In this document: in pieces, positions 1 to 50,500 of the stretch
Layout: every line of letters begins with the position of its first letter
Position numbering within the stretch: the stretch's first letter is position 1
Source: Sphyrna mokarran
Taxonomy: Eukaryota
Reading direction: 5' to 3'
Length of the DNA stretch: 64,000 nt
Assembly: GCA_024679065.1 (NCBI GenBank)
Contig: JAGIQG010000022.1
Coordinates: 24,862,001-24,926,000, forward strand
Program-made: the position numbers and the translations under genes
The notes under the pieces: generated by a model
Databases searched by the model: none
Told to the model about the DNA's origin: nothing
Seen by the model: only the letters and a program-made list of their open reading frames with translations

Positions 1-769
1 TATCAGGATATTCTAGCTAGAAGTCACATGACTGACATCTACATCAGTCTCACCCCAGCAGAGACCTCCAGATTAGTGGATGCTTTCAGCATTAACCTTT
101 TGATGCCATCATCTGGTAATAGTTCATATCTCATCAGATGCTTTCACACATCATGAAATGTCAGAATTGAAAACCTAGATGACCAGGCACTCTCAAACAA
201 GCAGGCACCAGGAGAAATTATTACAATGACAAGAGGCTGATATCACAGCACACTAGCCAAGATACCAACTCGATAAAGCACCAAGCTAGAGTTAAGATTC
301 AAAAAGATGACGACACTTGATAGACACTTGCCATAATTAATAAGTCCAATATGCATTAGTTTTTTTTTCATATTTGGAGGTCAGTTTGCATTTGGAAGCA
401 GAATTTTTTCAACAATTGCTGTCTTAAGCATCACTAAGGGGGTAGTATTGTTTATCGACTTCGTTAAAAGACAATCCCTTGTTAGTCAACATCTATCCTA
501 TTGTGTGAGCATTTCTTACTTCCTCTTTTACCTTTATTTTAAAGGACACATGAGAATATCCATACAGAGTCCAACAGTAATGGTTCTATGAAAGCCTGAG
601 TAGCACAAGATTTTCCTGTTGGAAGTGTTGAAAGGAAGCTTGCAGAATTGATTTTTAATTGCACAACTAAGTAGGTAGATGGTTCAAGGCCAGTAAAAAT
701 TCAAATCCTCTCAATCCATCCACTTTCTTGTTTGACATGCTCTGAAGGTACTTATTCCTCTTTTTGACA

Positions 770-2010
770 TGAACATAGAACACTACAGCACAAACAGGCC
801 CTTCAGCCCACGAGTTGCGCCGATCACATCTATACCTACCAATCCACAGACCTATCTATAACCCCCTATCCCATTCGTTCCCATGTACTCATCCAGAAGT
901 CTTTTAAAAGACCCCAGCAAGTTTGCCTCTACCACCTCCGACGGCAGCCGATTCCATTCACTCACCACCCTCAGTGTGAAAAACTTACCCCTAACATCCC
1001 CTCTGTATTTGCTTCCCTGCACCTTAAATCTGTGTCCTCTCGTAGTGACCATTTCAGCTCGGGGAAATAGCCTCTTAGAATCCACCCTATCTATTCCTCT
1101 CAACATTTTATAAACCTCTATCAGGTCACCTCTCAACCTACGTTTCTCCAGTGAGAAGAGTCCCAGCTCCCTCAACCTTCTCCAGTGAGAAGAGTCCCAG
1201 CTCCCTCAACCTATCTTCATAAGGCCTACCTCCCAATCCAGGCAGCATCCTTGTAGATCTCCTCTGCACTCTTTCAATAGCTTCTACATCCTTCCTATAG
1301 TGAGACGACCAGAACTGCACACAATACTCCAAGTGGGGTCTGACAAGGATCGTATAAAGCTGCATCATTACCTCCTGACTCCTAAACTCAATTCCTCGAT
1401 TAACGAAGGCCAGTACACCATACGCCTTCTTGACAACTTCCTCCACCTGCAAGGCCGATTTAAAAGTCCTATGGACCCGGACCCCAAGATCCTTCTGCTC
1501 TACAACACAGCTAAGACTCTTACCCTTGATATTGTACTCCTTCATCCCATTATTCTTGCCAAAATGGACCACTACACATTTATCCGCGTTGAAGTCCATC
1601 TGCAACTTCCCCGCCCAGTCTTGCATCCTGTCTATGTCCCGCTGCAACTTTTGACATCCCTCCAGACCATCCACAACATCACCGACCTTTGTATTGTCGG
1701 CAAACTTACTAACCCATCCCTCCACTTCCTCGTCCAGGTCATTCATGAAAATGACAAACAGCAGGGGTCCCAGAACAGATCACTCCATGCAGAAAAAGAC
1801 CCATCCACAACCACTCTCTGCCTTCTGCCGGCAAGCCAGTTCTGGATCCACAAGGCCAAAGCCCCTTGGATCCCATGCCCTCTCACCTTCTCAAGAAGCC
1901 TTGCATGGGGGACCTTATCAAACGCCTTGCTAAAGTCCATGTACACCACGTCCACTGCTCTTCCTTCGTCAATGTGTTCAGTCACATTTTCGAAGAACTC
2001 AACTAGGCTT
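770..2010 (-). mobile_element. CR1-clade LINE (HER1-like), 5'-truncated, relatively young, frameshifted
   Basis: ORF2 RT fragments VDVVYMDFSKAFDKVPHARL, SKFADNTK, LVRPHLEYCVQFW, LGLFSLEKRRLRGDLIEVYK; 3' tail ...gtgttctatgttc. Confidence 0.95.
1144..1212. repeat. 34-bp tandem duplication inside the CR1 ORF2
   Basis: ttctccagtgagaagagtcccagctccctcaacc x2; causes the frameshift between ORFs 1138-1746 and 852-1175. Confidence 0.9.
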
Positions 2011-2207
2011 TAATTTAACCAGGTACAATTCCTGGAACAGGACCATTAACTCTAATTATCCTGTCATTTTCATACAAGCAGCGCTACAGGGGCAACTGAA
2101 TTTTCTATCAGCAGCCAGTTTGTCAGAATTCATTGTGCATTTCAGCAGGCATAACCGTCACATTTTATGAGGGATACTTACCAACCAGTTCTGGACATGT
2201 TAATCAT

Positions 2208-2213
2208 TTTATT
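2208..2213 (-). promoter_or_regulatory. Probable PRPF8 polyadenylation signal AATAAA
   Basis: tttatt on the + strand, ~305 nt downstream of the stop codon on the minus strand. Confidence 0.6.
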
Positions 2214-2518
2214 GCATTCTGAAATTCGCAACAAATTCCACTTGTAATTATAAAAATTATTTAAGCTTTAATCCCTTCTACAGTGTACACTGCACAACAG
2301 AAAATTACAGATACACTAACTGTTTAAAACTGTTCCGTTCTCGTGTATAGATGCCACAGTTGCAAGCAATTATTTAACACAAAGCTACTATGTTGCACAG
2401 ATATTGCACAAAGTTTGGTGTTGACGTATACTACAGACAAATTAAAAGACATAAACTGAATTTAAATCTATTTGTTGAATATCAACAGTACAGAAGTTCC
2501 ATAGTTTCTCTTTGTTTT

Positions 2519-41881
<39,363 letters not shown>

Positions 41882-43004
41882 GTTTGTAAGTCCTGAAGAA
41901 AAAAAACAGATTTCATTTCTTTAATTATCTACAAATCCATGTGAAAAATTATAACGTCCAGATGGATTAAGGAGAGTTTCTAATTTTATCAAGTTGTTAT
42001 AAATGAGGTAGTTCCTAATTAAAATGATTTGGCCTATATCCATTTAACATCCACACATTTGATTGCCTAAAGGTTTAAAAATAACTTCTGTAAATACATT
42101 AAATGGCATAATAAAATGATTGCTGCATGAGATGCAATGTGCGTTGATGGCAGTATAGTCTTTAGTCTTGACATTTATTCCAAACCAGTGGCAACATAAA
42201 GAACGATGTGAATTAAACTGGTTCAGATTAAATGTCAATATAGTGACATTCAGTTCATTTCACCCAAATCAGGTTGGCAATCCATCGCACACAAACTGCA
42301 ACTGCAGATCTAGGATCTGCAAAATTTATATTTCCAGCAAAAAAAAATTCTTGACGCATTAAGTTTCTTTCTAGACAAATGCAGAGTATAGTATAAGTTC
42401 TGACTTTCTTTTTATTCAGCCATGAATATGCACGTAACAGATGCTTTAGTAATTTTCTTAACATCTATGCTTGCAATTGCTAACACTTGAAATATGTTTT
42501 AAAATTTTCTTCTCATGTTTTTGAATGTGCAAATTGAAGTTTTGAATAATATTTTAGAAAAAAAGGTAATCAGTACTTTATATGTAACATTTAGATTTTA
42601 AGTTACTACATCTCATTCAGTTGCTTGTATTTTGACATGAACTAAAAGGTTTGACTTCCAAAATAGATTAGGAGTTCTTAAACTTCTCTGACAGTAGTGC
42701 AAAATTCGAGTGTGCTGCACTGTCCCTAACGCTGGCGAAAATATCACACCCAAACAATTCGAAGAAACAGGTGCAATTCTTTTGGTGCCTGGACAACAGA
42801 TCCCTATCCACCAATGTGTCCAAAAAAGGTGAACTAGTCATTCATATGACTGATATTTGTTTTAACATTTTTGAGCAGAATGATTGATCCATTTATTTAC
42901 ACAACATACACTCCAAAGAATTGTTTTTATATATGACATTTTAATATTGTACAGTGGTATCTAAAGCTAATAGATGCCAGCTAGATTATTTTGCCCTGCG
43001 CCTC

Positions 43005-43290
43005 CCAAAGCAGCACTGCTGCCTTACAATGCCAGAGATCCAGGTTCGATCCTGGCTTGGATGATTGTCAGTGTGGAGGATGCACATTCTCTCCATGTCT
43101 GCTATGGTTTCCTCCTGGTGCTCCATTTCTTCACACAAAGATGTATGAATTAGGTAGATTGGCAATGCTAAACTGCCTCTTAGAGTCAGGGGAACTAGCT
43201 GGCGTAAACGTGTGGGGTTACAGGGATAGGGCCTGGGTGGGATTGTGGTTGGTGCAGACTCTGATGGGCCAAATGACCTCCTTCTGCACT
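43005..43290 (+). mobile_element. HE1-like tRNA-derived SINE
   Basis: agcactgctgccttaca...ggttcgatcc B-box...gctaaactgcctcttag...gggccaaatgacctccttctgcactgtaggattc. Confidence 0.8.
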
Positions 43291-43744
43291 GTAGGATTCA
43301 ATTCTGAGCATGTGTATCAAAACCCAAGCTGCACTTACTGAAATGTTAGTTCCGCTTCTTTCTTTACAAACATTGCCTGAATATTTCCAACATTTTCTGT
43401 TATTTCAGATTTCTAACATCTGCAGTATTATTTTATTAACTTACACTGAGGGGAAAATTTCTTTCCATTTTTCAATAAGTAAAGCATTTATACCAGAAAT
43501 CTCACTGCTATCACCTTTACATTGTTGCAAGTTTTTGCATGCTATGCATCAAATAGTAATGTAAAACTACAAATTTTCTAAGAACACAGTATAACCCCAA
43601 GAGTTGAAAATTTTCAATATGTTAGAGGCATTGAAGGTTTTGTGTTGTTATTCTATACCTTCCTAACATTCAGAAGATACAGTAAGGTTTTCAGCCGTAT
43701 CAGGGAGAAGTTTTATAATAAGGACGTGGTTCAATTTCACTTAG

Positions 43745-43945
43745 AATCCTGACATTGTAGAAGGAGACCATTCAGCCCATCGAGTTTGCACCAACATTTA
43801 CCCAGGTTTACCTCATAACCCCGCACATTTACCTCACTAATCCCCCTAATCATGGGGTATTTAGCATTAGCAATTTAGCATGGCCAATCCATTTAACCGC
43901 ACAATTTGGGGCTGTGGATGGAAACTAGGAGCACCCGGAGGAAAA
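43745..43945 (-). mobile_element. HE1-like SINE (partial)
   Basis: ccattcagcccatcgagtttgcacc...aatttagcatggccaatcc...ggagcacccggaggaaa. Confidence 0.75.
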
Positions 43946-43999
43946 AATGTGCAAGTGATGCAAGAAAAAAAAGAGAACAAAAGGGGGTGAGATTAAGGA

Positions 44000-44470
44000 C
44001 TAAACGGCTGCGCCTCTCTCTCTGGCTCCCCCAGAGTCGGCAGTGAGATCCTGGAGCTGCTCGAGGCTCTTTTTGCAGGAACTCCTACAATGCAAAACAA
44101 CTAGGCCGCAACACAAGCCCAGCTAAAAGAAGGGCCACGCTCGCCCTCCATTCACTTCAAACCATCCGTCCCACGGATCCAACTTACAGTATAAACCGCG
44201 ATTGGCCTGCTCAAGCCCACCAGCACGGTGAGAAACCAAACAGCTGCTTATTCCCTCATCCGCCACTAGGCCTCAGGCTCCATTCACTCCACCCGCCCGC
44301 GAGCGAGGCAGCAACGCACGGCACCCGGATGTCCAGGGGCGGGACTTCCGGCGACAAAAGCGCACCTTCCCATTGGCCCACTGTTCCTGATGGACAGCCT
44401 TCCACCCATTCAGAATGCGGCAGCCTCGGCCCCACCAAGTTACGCAGTGCTGAGAGAAAACCCATCGCAT
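44000..44470. promoter_or_regulatory. CpG-rich PRPF8 promoter / non-coding first exon region (possibly bidirectional)
   Basis: The most conspicuous CpG-dense patch I see in an AT-rich window. GC box GGGGCGGGAC at 44336-44345; ETS sites CCGGATGT (~44325) and ACTTCCGG (44344-44351); ATTGG at 44201 and 44372; candidate minus-strand donor GTAAGT at 44182-44187. Confidence 0.75.
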
Positions 44471-44661
44471 TTTTGCCGAAAATCAAGTGTTTTTTACAAG
44501 TGGAGTTCATATTAGATCCGACAGCGTCTGAAATGTTTGAAAAAAGACAAGCCACTGATTCACAGTTCGAGATTTTTTGCCAACCTTTGGTGATAAGCAA
44601 TTCAGCTAAATTTAGTGCATCTTTGTGACTGCTGAAACAAATTGGCATTTTCATTGAATAC

Positions 44662-44966
44662 CCAAGTGCAGAAAGAGGCCATTTGGCCCATCAAGTCTGC
44701 ACCAACTTGCCAACAGAGCATCTTATGCAGTCCTCCCCTAACCCTAATTCCCCTAACTACACATTTTGGGACACTTAAGGGGCAATTTAGCATGGCCAAT
44801 CCAACTAACCTGCGCATCTTTGGACTGTGGGAGGAAACTGGAGCACCTGGGGGAAACACAGGGAGATCGTGCAAGATCTACACACACCGTCACCTAAGAC
44901 TGGAATTGAACCCAGTTCAATTCTTCATGCTGTGAGACAGTAGTGCTAACCATAACACTGCCACCA
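44662..44966 (-). mobile_element. HE1-like SINE
   Basis: ggccatttggcccatcaagtctgcacc...ggggcaatttagcatggccaatcc...ggaattgaaccc...gtgctaacca. Confidence 0.85.
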
Positions 44967-45654
44967 TAACGAAAAAAAACCCAAGTTGCTTCACATGGGT
45001 ACAATCAATGTTTAGTCGAAGAAGGTTGTGTTAGCAGGGTTGACCAAAAGCTTGATGAAGGAGGTGGGTCATTAATATTGGGTCTTGAATAAAAAGAGGT
45101 GAAAAGGTTCAAGGGGAGCATTCCAGAGTGTAGCACATGAATAGCTGAAAGCACAAGCACCTTTGTTGGGTCCAAGGATGGAGCAATGCATAAAAACCCC
45201 AGAATCAAAGGAATTGGAATTCTAGGAAATTTGTTGGACTGGAAGAGGTTACAGAGAATGAAATGGGCAAAGTGAGGATAAGCTTTGTTGAGAACTTTAT
45301 GCATTGAAGGACGCTAATTGGCAAATGGAAGCAGAGTTTTGCATGAGGTGAAGTTTACTGAGACTGAAGAATAAGAGGCTATTCCAGAGAGCCATAACAA
45401 CTCACATGGTACATTTATCTTAGAAAGCTTAATACAACAAAGTTTACACTGGAACAAAGAAGAGGAAAGAATTAGAATTCCTAACTAAACCTTGGCTAAG
45501 GAGGGTCTTCAAAGATGAGTGAGGTGGAGTCATGGAAGGGTAGTAAGGGACAGAAAAGTCTTCAGTTTATGATGGATGGACAATGATAAGCCAGCCAATT
45601 GACCAGTAACATGAAAACAAATAATGCTGGGAATGCTAATTGCTCATGGAGATA

Positions 45655-45952
45655 ACTGGTAGTACAGTGGTTAGCACTGCTGCCTCACAAAGTCAGGAAT
45701 TCGGGTTCAATTCCAACCTCAGATCACTGTCTGTCTGGAGTCCTGTGTGTTCTCCCTGGGTCTGCGTGGGTTTCCTCTGGTGCTCTGGTTTTCCCCATAG
45801 TCCAAAAGTACATGGATTAGGTGAATTGGCCATGTTAAATTGCCCCTTAGTGTCAGGCTAGCGTAAATACATGGGGATAAGCCTGGGGGGGATTATGGTT
45901 GGTGCAGATGTGATAGGTCAAATGGCCTCGTTCTGCACTGTAGGGATTCTAT
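45655..45952 (+). mobile_element. HE1-like SINE
   Basis: cagtggttagcactgctgcctcaca...gggttcaattcc...aaattgccccttagtgtc...ctgcactgtagggattctatg. Confidence 0.85.
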
Positions 45953-46805
45953 GTTGAATTTTTAAAAATCAAGACTACATTTCCACAATGAAGTAATAAG
46001 AATGACAGAAGCATAAAAGTAGATAGTGAGAGACATAACAAACTTTACACAGGTGGAGAAGAGATGCTTTTTGTATTTGGTGTTTCATTAGCTTGCTGGA
46101 GAAATGTAGAGAGGGTCATTCAACTTGGAAGAAGTTCATGGCTGGAATGGGTGCTAAAATTGAAACGAAAAATCCATTTGTCAATGTAGATATATATAAA
46201 TGTTCAAAAATATATAATGTAAGTAAAAAATGTGTAAATATGATGAATGAGCGATATAATATCTTTATCGAAACTTATAGCTCTCAGTTCCATTATTTTC
46301 ATCTTATATTTTAGTAATTAAGCATAATGCAGACTTGAACTTATTGAATCAAGGAATTACCTTAAGGTGATTTATTGTCATCATGTACATATCTACAAAC
46401 ATATTATTAATGTTGCTTGAAACCACTGCCAAGCCTAAACTAAACTGTTCAGTTTGCCAACTGTTATCTGATAACGGGAGTTGTATAGTTAGAAGAAACA
46501 AATATCTAGGTTATTAAATATTCAATTCAAGTTTATTCGAACTTCCAGGAAAATGCAATTGGTTAAGTGGGTAGTCCTGTGTGGTATTGCTTTAACATTA
46601 AAATTATGGTACTTTGATCTGGTGCAAATCCAGAAAGAGACTTGCTTAGAAGAACCTGCTGATACTTACGAAGAATCTGGGGACTTGCAGCACATTTGTT
46701 ATGTTTAACAGCTAATCTGGTTGAGTCTCTCCTCTCACACAGAGCAAAATTCCCTTTGGCATGCATCATTTCTGATCTCCATTAAAAACAGCGACTGTTG
46801 CAAAC

Positions 46806-46972
46806 AGCAACTTGGGTTTTTTTTCGTTATGGTGGCAGTGTTATGGTTAGCACTACTGTCTCACAGCACGAAGAATTGAACTGGGTTCAATTCCAGTCTT
46901 AGGTGACGGTGTGTGTAGATCTTGCACGATCTCCCTGTGTTTCCCCCAGGTGCTCCAGTTTCCTCCCACAGT
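46806..46972 (+). repeat. 167-bp inverted copy of 44824-44990 (SINE head plus its unique flank)
   Basis: Reverse complement matches 44824-44990 with one mismatch seen, including the A8/T8 run and the non-SINE flank cccaagttgct. Confidence 0.93.
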
Positions 46973-47259
46973 TGTTCTGGTTAAAGGACTCATTGCAATG
47001 CAATTGGGCACAAAGTGTCTGAATTGATATTCTTTTTGAAGGGGTCACTCAGACAGATTTACACGGTACTTTCAACAACAAAAGAAAATGAGTTACAAAT
47101 ACCCTCCTGAGAGGAGAGCATCTTTTTTTCCAGCATGTATGATCTCATAGCAACAAAGGAAATTGATCACAGTTTACTGAGAATCCTGTTGAATATCTTA
47201 TGACTACCTAAATAACAGGTGTTATTGTGACGATCCTGCAAGACCTCAGTCACTGCTGA

Positions 47260-47547
47260 ATGGGGAATAGTTGCTCGTGCACCCACACTACTGTAACTCA
47301 AATTCACTTCTTGCACAGTGATGGCTCTCCACCCTTACAAAGAGAATATAAAGACCAGACACAGGTGGAAGTGAAAGCAGGGAGCAAACATGAAGCAGCA
47401 GAAGTAAAAGAACAATATGAAAAATGGAATATGCTTGCTGGAGAAGTCAAAGCACTACTCGACATTCGTTCAAGAGAAGGCAACGTGGAGGAGCTAATGT
47501 ATCAACTGAATAAAACCTTTAAAGCTGACAGCCTGGTCATGACATCG
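47260..47547 (+). CDS. Putative first coding exon of the calpain (96 aa, MGNSCSC N-terminal extension)
   Basis: ATG directly preceded by an in-frame TGA; 288-nt open frame ending at TCG|GTAATC, phase 0 like the next exon. It has no calpain homology itself, so linkage is inferred. Confidence 0.6.
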
Positions 47548-50500
47548 GTAATCAGATTTATGTGTCATATGTATTGCATAGTGCCAAGCACTTTGATAAG
47601 CATGGGTCTGCTGCTTTTGTCAATTTACTTATAATTTGTGCCTGAAAGATTGTACTGAAATCTTCATTAGTAGCTCATTATTTTAATTGCATTATACAAT
47701 TTAGGTGAAAAAAATCTAAAATGTATATTTTAAAAGAAATCGAAGTTAGAGACTAGAATCTAAAATTCCTTGCCATTACAGTGTTGAGAGGGCTGCACCT
47801 TCCAGAGTCCTTAATATTTACAAAACTGTAATGAGATTGGACTGCAGTATTTGCTTCGATCCCATGTTGTGTTAAGAGCATCTATTTAATATTCAGAACA
47901 TCACATTCTTAATAGTATCTTTAGAAAGTGAAATGTAATTGTATATTAATGTTCAGGCTCAACGGAATTCAGATGGAGATGATGCTACTTTTACAATCTG
48001 CTACCTTAGTCATATATCTGAATTCCAGAGTCTTGTGAAAGAATACTTTTATGTCTTTGATTATAATACATAACTAAACAAATGTTTATCTAACATACCA
48101 GGTCCCACTTTATCAGTGCACTGATATTTGTGGAAAGTAGTACTATAATACTCAAAGTATTAAAATGAGGCTAATACTTAGTAATTGGTTCAATATTTTT
48201 CATTATGTAGGTTTGTTTAGCTTGTGAAATGCTACATTTTAGTCCTTTTCTGTCAGACCAATAAGGATGTTGATTTTTGCTTGGCAAATTAAGCGATCAA
48301 ATGTGAATGACAATTTTGTATACAATTAAAAGAAGTCAAAACTGTTTTAACAAAAAAGATGATGTGATTAATGGGCATTTTAGACTCTGACCAATTAAGT
48401 ATTTTATGTAATTAGACGGGGAGAACTGTCTAAATATATCTTTCATCAGTCATACTGCAATTTACAAATAATTGTCATTTCATGCATGTTTGATTTTTAA
48501 TATGCTGGATATGAGCATTAGTATTCATTTTGGATCAGTTCTGTTGCTGAATTCCTTTTTAATTAGATTTTTCTTCCTGCACTACAGAGTTCAAGACAAA
48601 AGTTTGACCATCTAATCCCATATTTTACTCTAAAACTGCCACCAACAGTAGTAGATGTCACACTGCAGACAATACAATCCCACTAAATATAGAAACATAA
48701 GAAATAGATGCAGGAATAAGCCATTCGGTCCTTCAAGCCTGCACCACCATTCAATATGATCATGGCTGATCATATACTTTGGGTATCTCACTCCGGCTTT
48801 CTCTCCATACCCTTTGATCCCTTTAGCTGCAGGGGTCATTCCAGTGCCTTCTTGAACATATCTAATGCATAATAACTTCATAGTTATATTCTCTTTCTGC
48901 GAGAATGGCAGCATGTGCTCAAAATCTAGTAAGTAGGACTTGCACTGGTGAGTTTCTGTTCTTTCCTCTGAGATTTTGAAGATTGGGGCTTGATTGGGAT
49001 GATTGGTGGGTATGGTCATGAGATGGGAGGAAGCTAGGCTCACACCTAATATTCAAGCACAGATCCTGCTTTTTGAGTAAAGAGAGAGCAGTGTCTCTCT
49101 TCTCCTCTTCGAAGTTGGATACTGGAATCAGCCAGAAGATGTTTCTTTCTTGGAAATTCTGCTGTATGAGAGCTGCTGTTTTGAAAATTGTTGTTTGGAT
49201 CTCTATTAAAAAGCTGAAAATCCAGCATTCTTATTTTTGTGCTAATTCACAAGAAGAATTGTATGCCCTGTGACCAAGACATCGCCCAGGCACACCACTA
49301 CCTGAGGTAACCCTTGGAGTATGTAAATCATGATATTAATATTTAAATCCATCCCACTGGCAAAACAGTGCCAGTAACTCTGCACACAGCATGAAACTGG
49401 TCACAAACTTGATTTCTGGCCTTGCACGCAATCCTATCAGTTCGCTGTGCTAATCGACTGGCACAGCAAGCTGGTAAGATTGTAGCCAAAATCAGTGTGA
49501 GTGGAGTCAATTTGTTTTAAACCTCCCCTGGCACTTTCCGTATTGATGTAGAGATGCTGGCGTTGTACTGGGGTAAACTCAGTAAGAGGTCTGACAATAC
49601 CAATTTTAAATCCTTCCAATTTTAAATGCAGACCAGAACACCTCATTCGCCTGACGAAGGCTACAAAGGCCAAAAGCTTGCAACTATCAAATAAATTGGT
49701 TGGATTTAAAATTGGTGTTGTCAGACCTCTTACTGACTTTCCGTATTGGGCAAGCCTCCAGTTGCCTAATAGGGGAGCTTATGTTCAATGTGGCTCATGG
49801 GGAGATCCATTGACGATCCTCCATGGCCCTCTTAACAAACTGCCCACAACTTTTTAGTCCCTGCCACTGGCTTGAGCAGAAAATCCCACCCAATCTTTCA
49901 GATTAATAGCCTTTCAATTGCACAGCGTTGCCTGCTTTTTGTTCTTATTTCAGATTATCAGCGGACACAATATTTTCCTTTTGGTATAGTGGGAGGAAGA
50001 ATGTTGTTTGAATACGTGATCTGTTAAGTCACTAATATTACCAGATATCATTCCTACCTTGTAATATTTAAATGATTCGTATTATTTTAAGTACACAGAA
50101 ATAAGATATTATTCCATTATAACCATCAGACCTATTTCATTTTTATTCAGAACTTTCAGAAAATTATAGAAGAGCTTGAACTGACTAGCAAACTCTGGGA
50201 AGACCCCGACTTTCTCCCTGAACCTTCATCATTAACTTATGAGGACATAGCCCCAGAAGGAATCAAATGGATGCGCATCTTGGTAACTGTGCAATGATTT
50301 CATACTGATCAGCCTTAGATATAGCTTGCTCCTGTTGAAATGAACAACTATCCTAAAATATTCAGGAAGTTTGAGGATAAAATGATTGGGAATATATGCT
50401 GCAGCATGAAAGGTTGTGAAAAAATGTAAAGATAGAAATTTGCTTTGGACAAATATGTGCAGGTTATGTGATCAGCCATGCTAAATTGCCCCTTACTGTC

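Noticed and set aside
1300-2013. 237-aa plus-strand ORF, the longest in the track
   Set aside because: Antisense shadow of the CR1 reverse transcriptase ORF; no independent gene features
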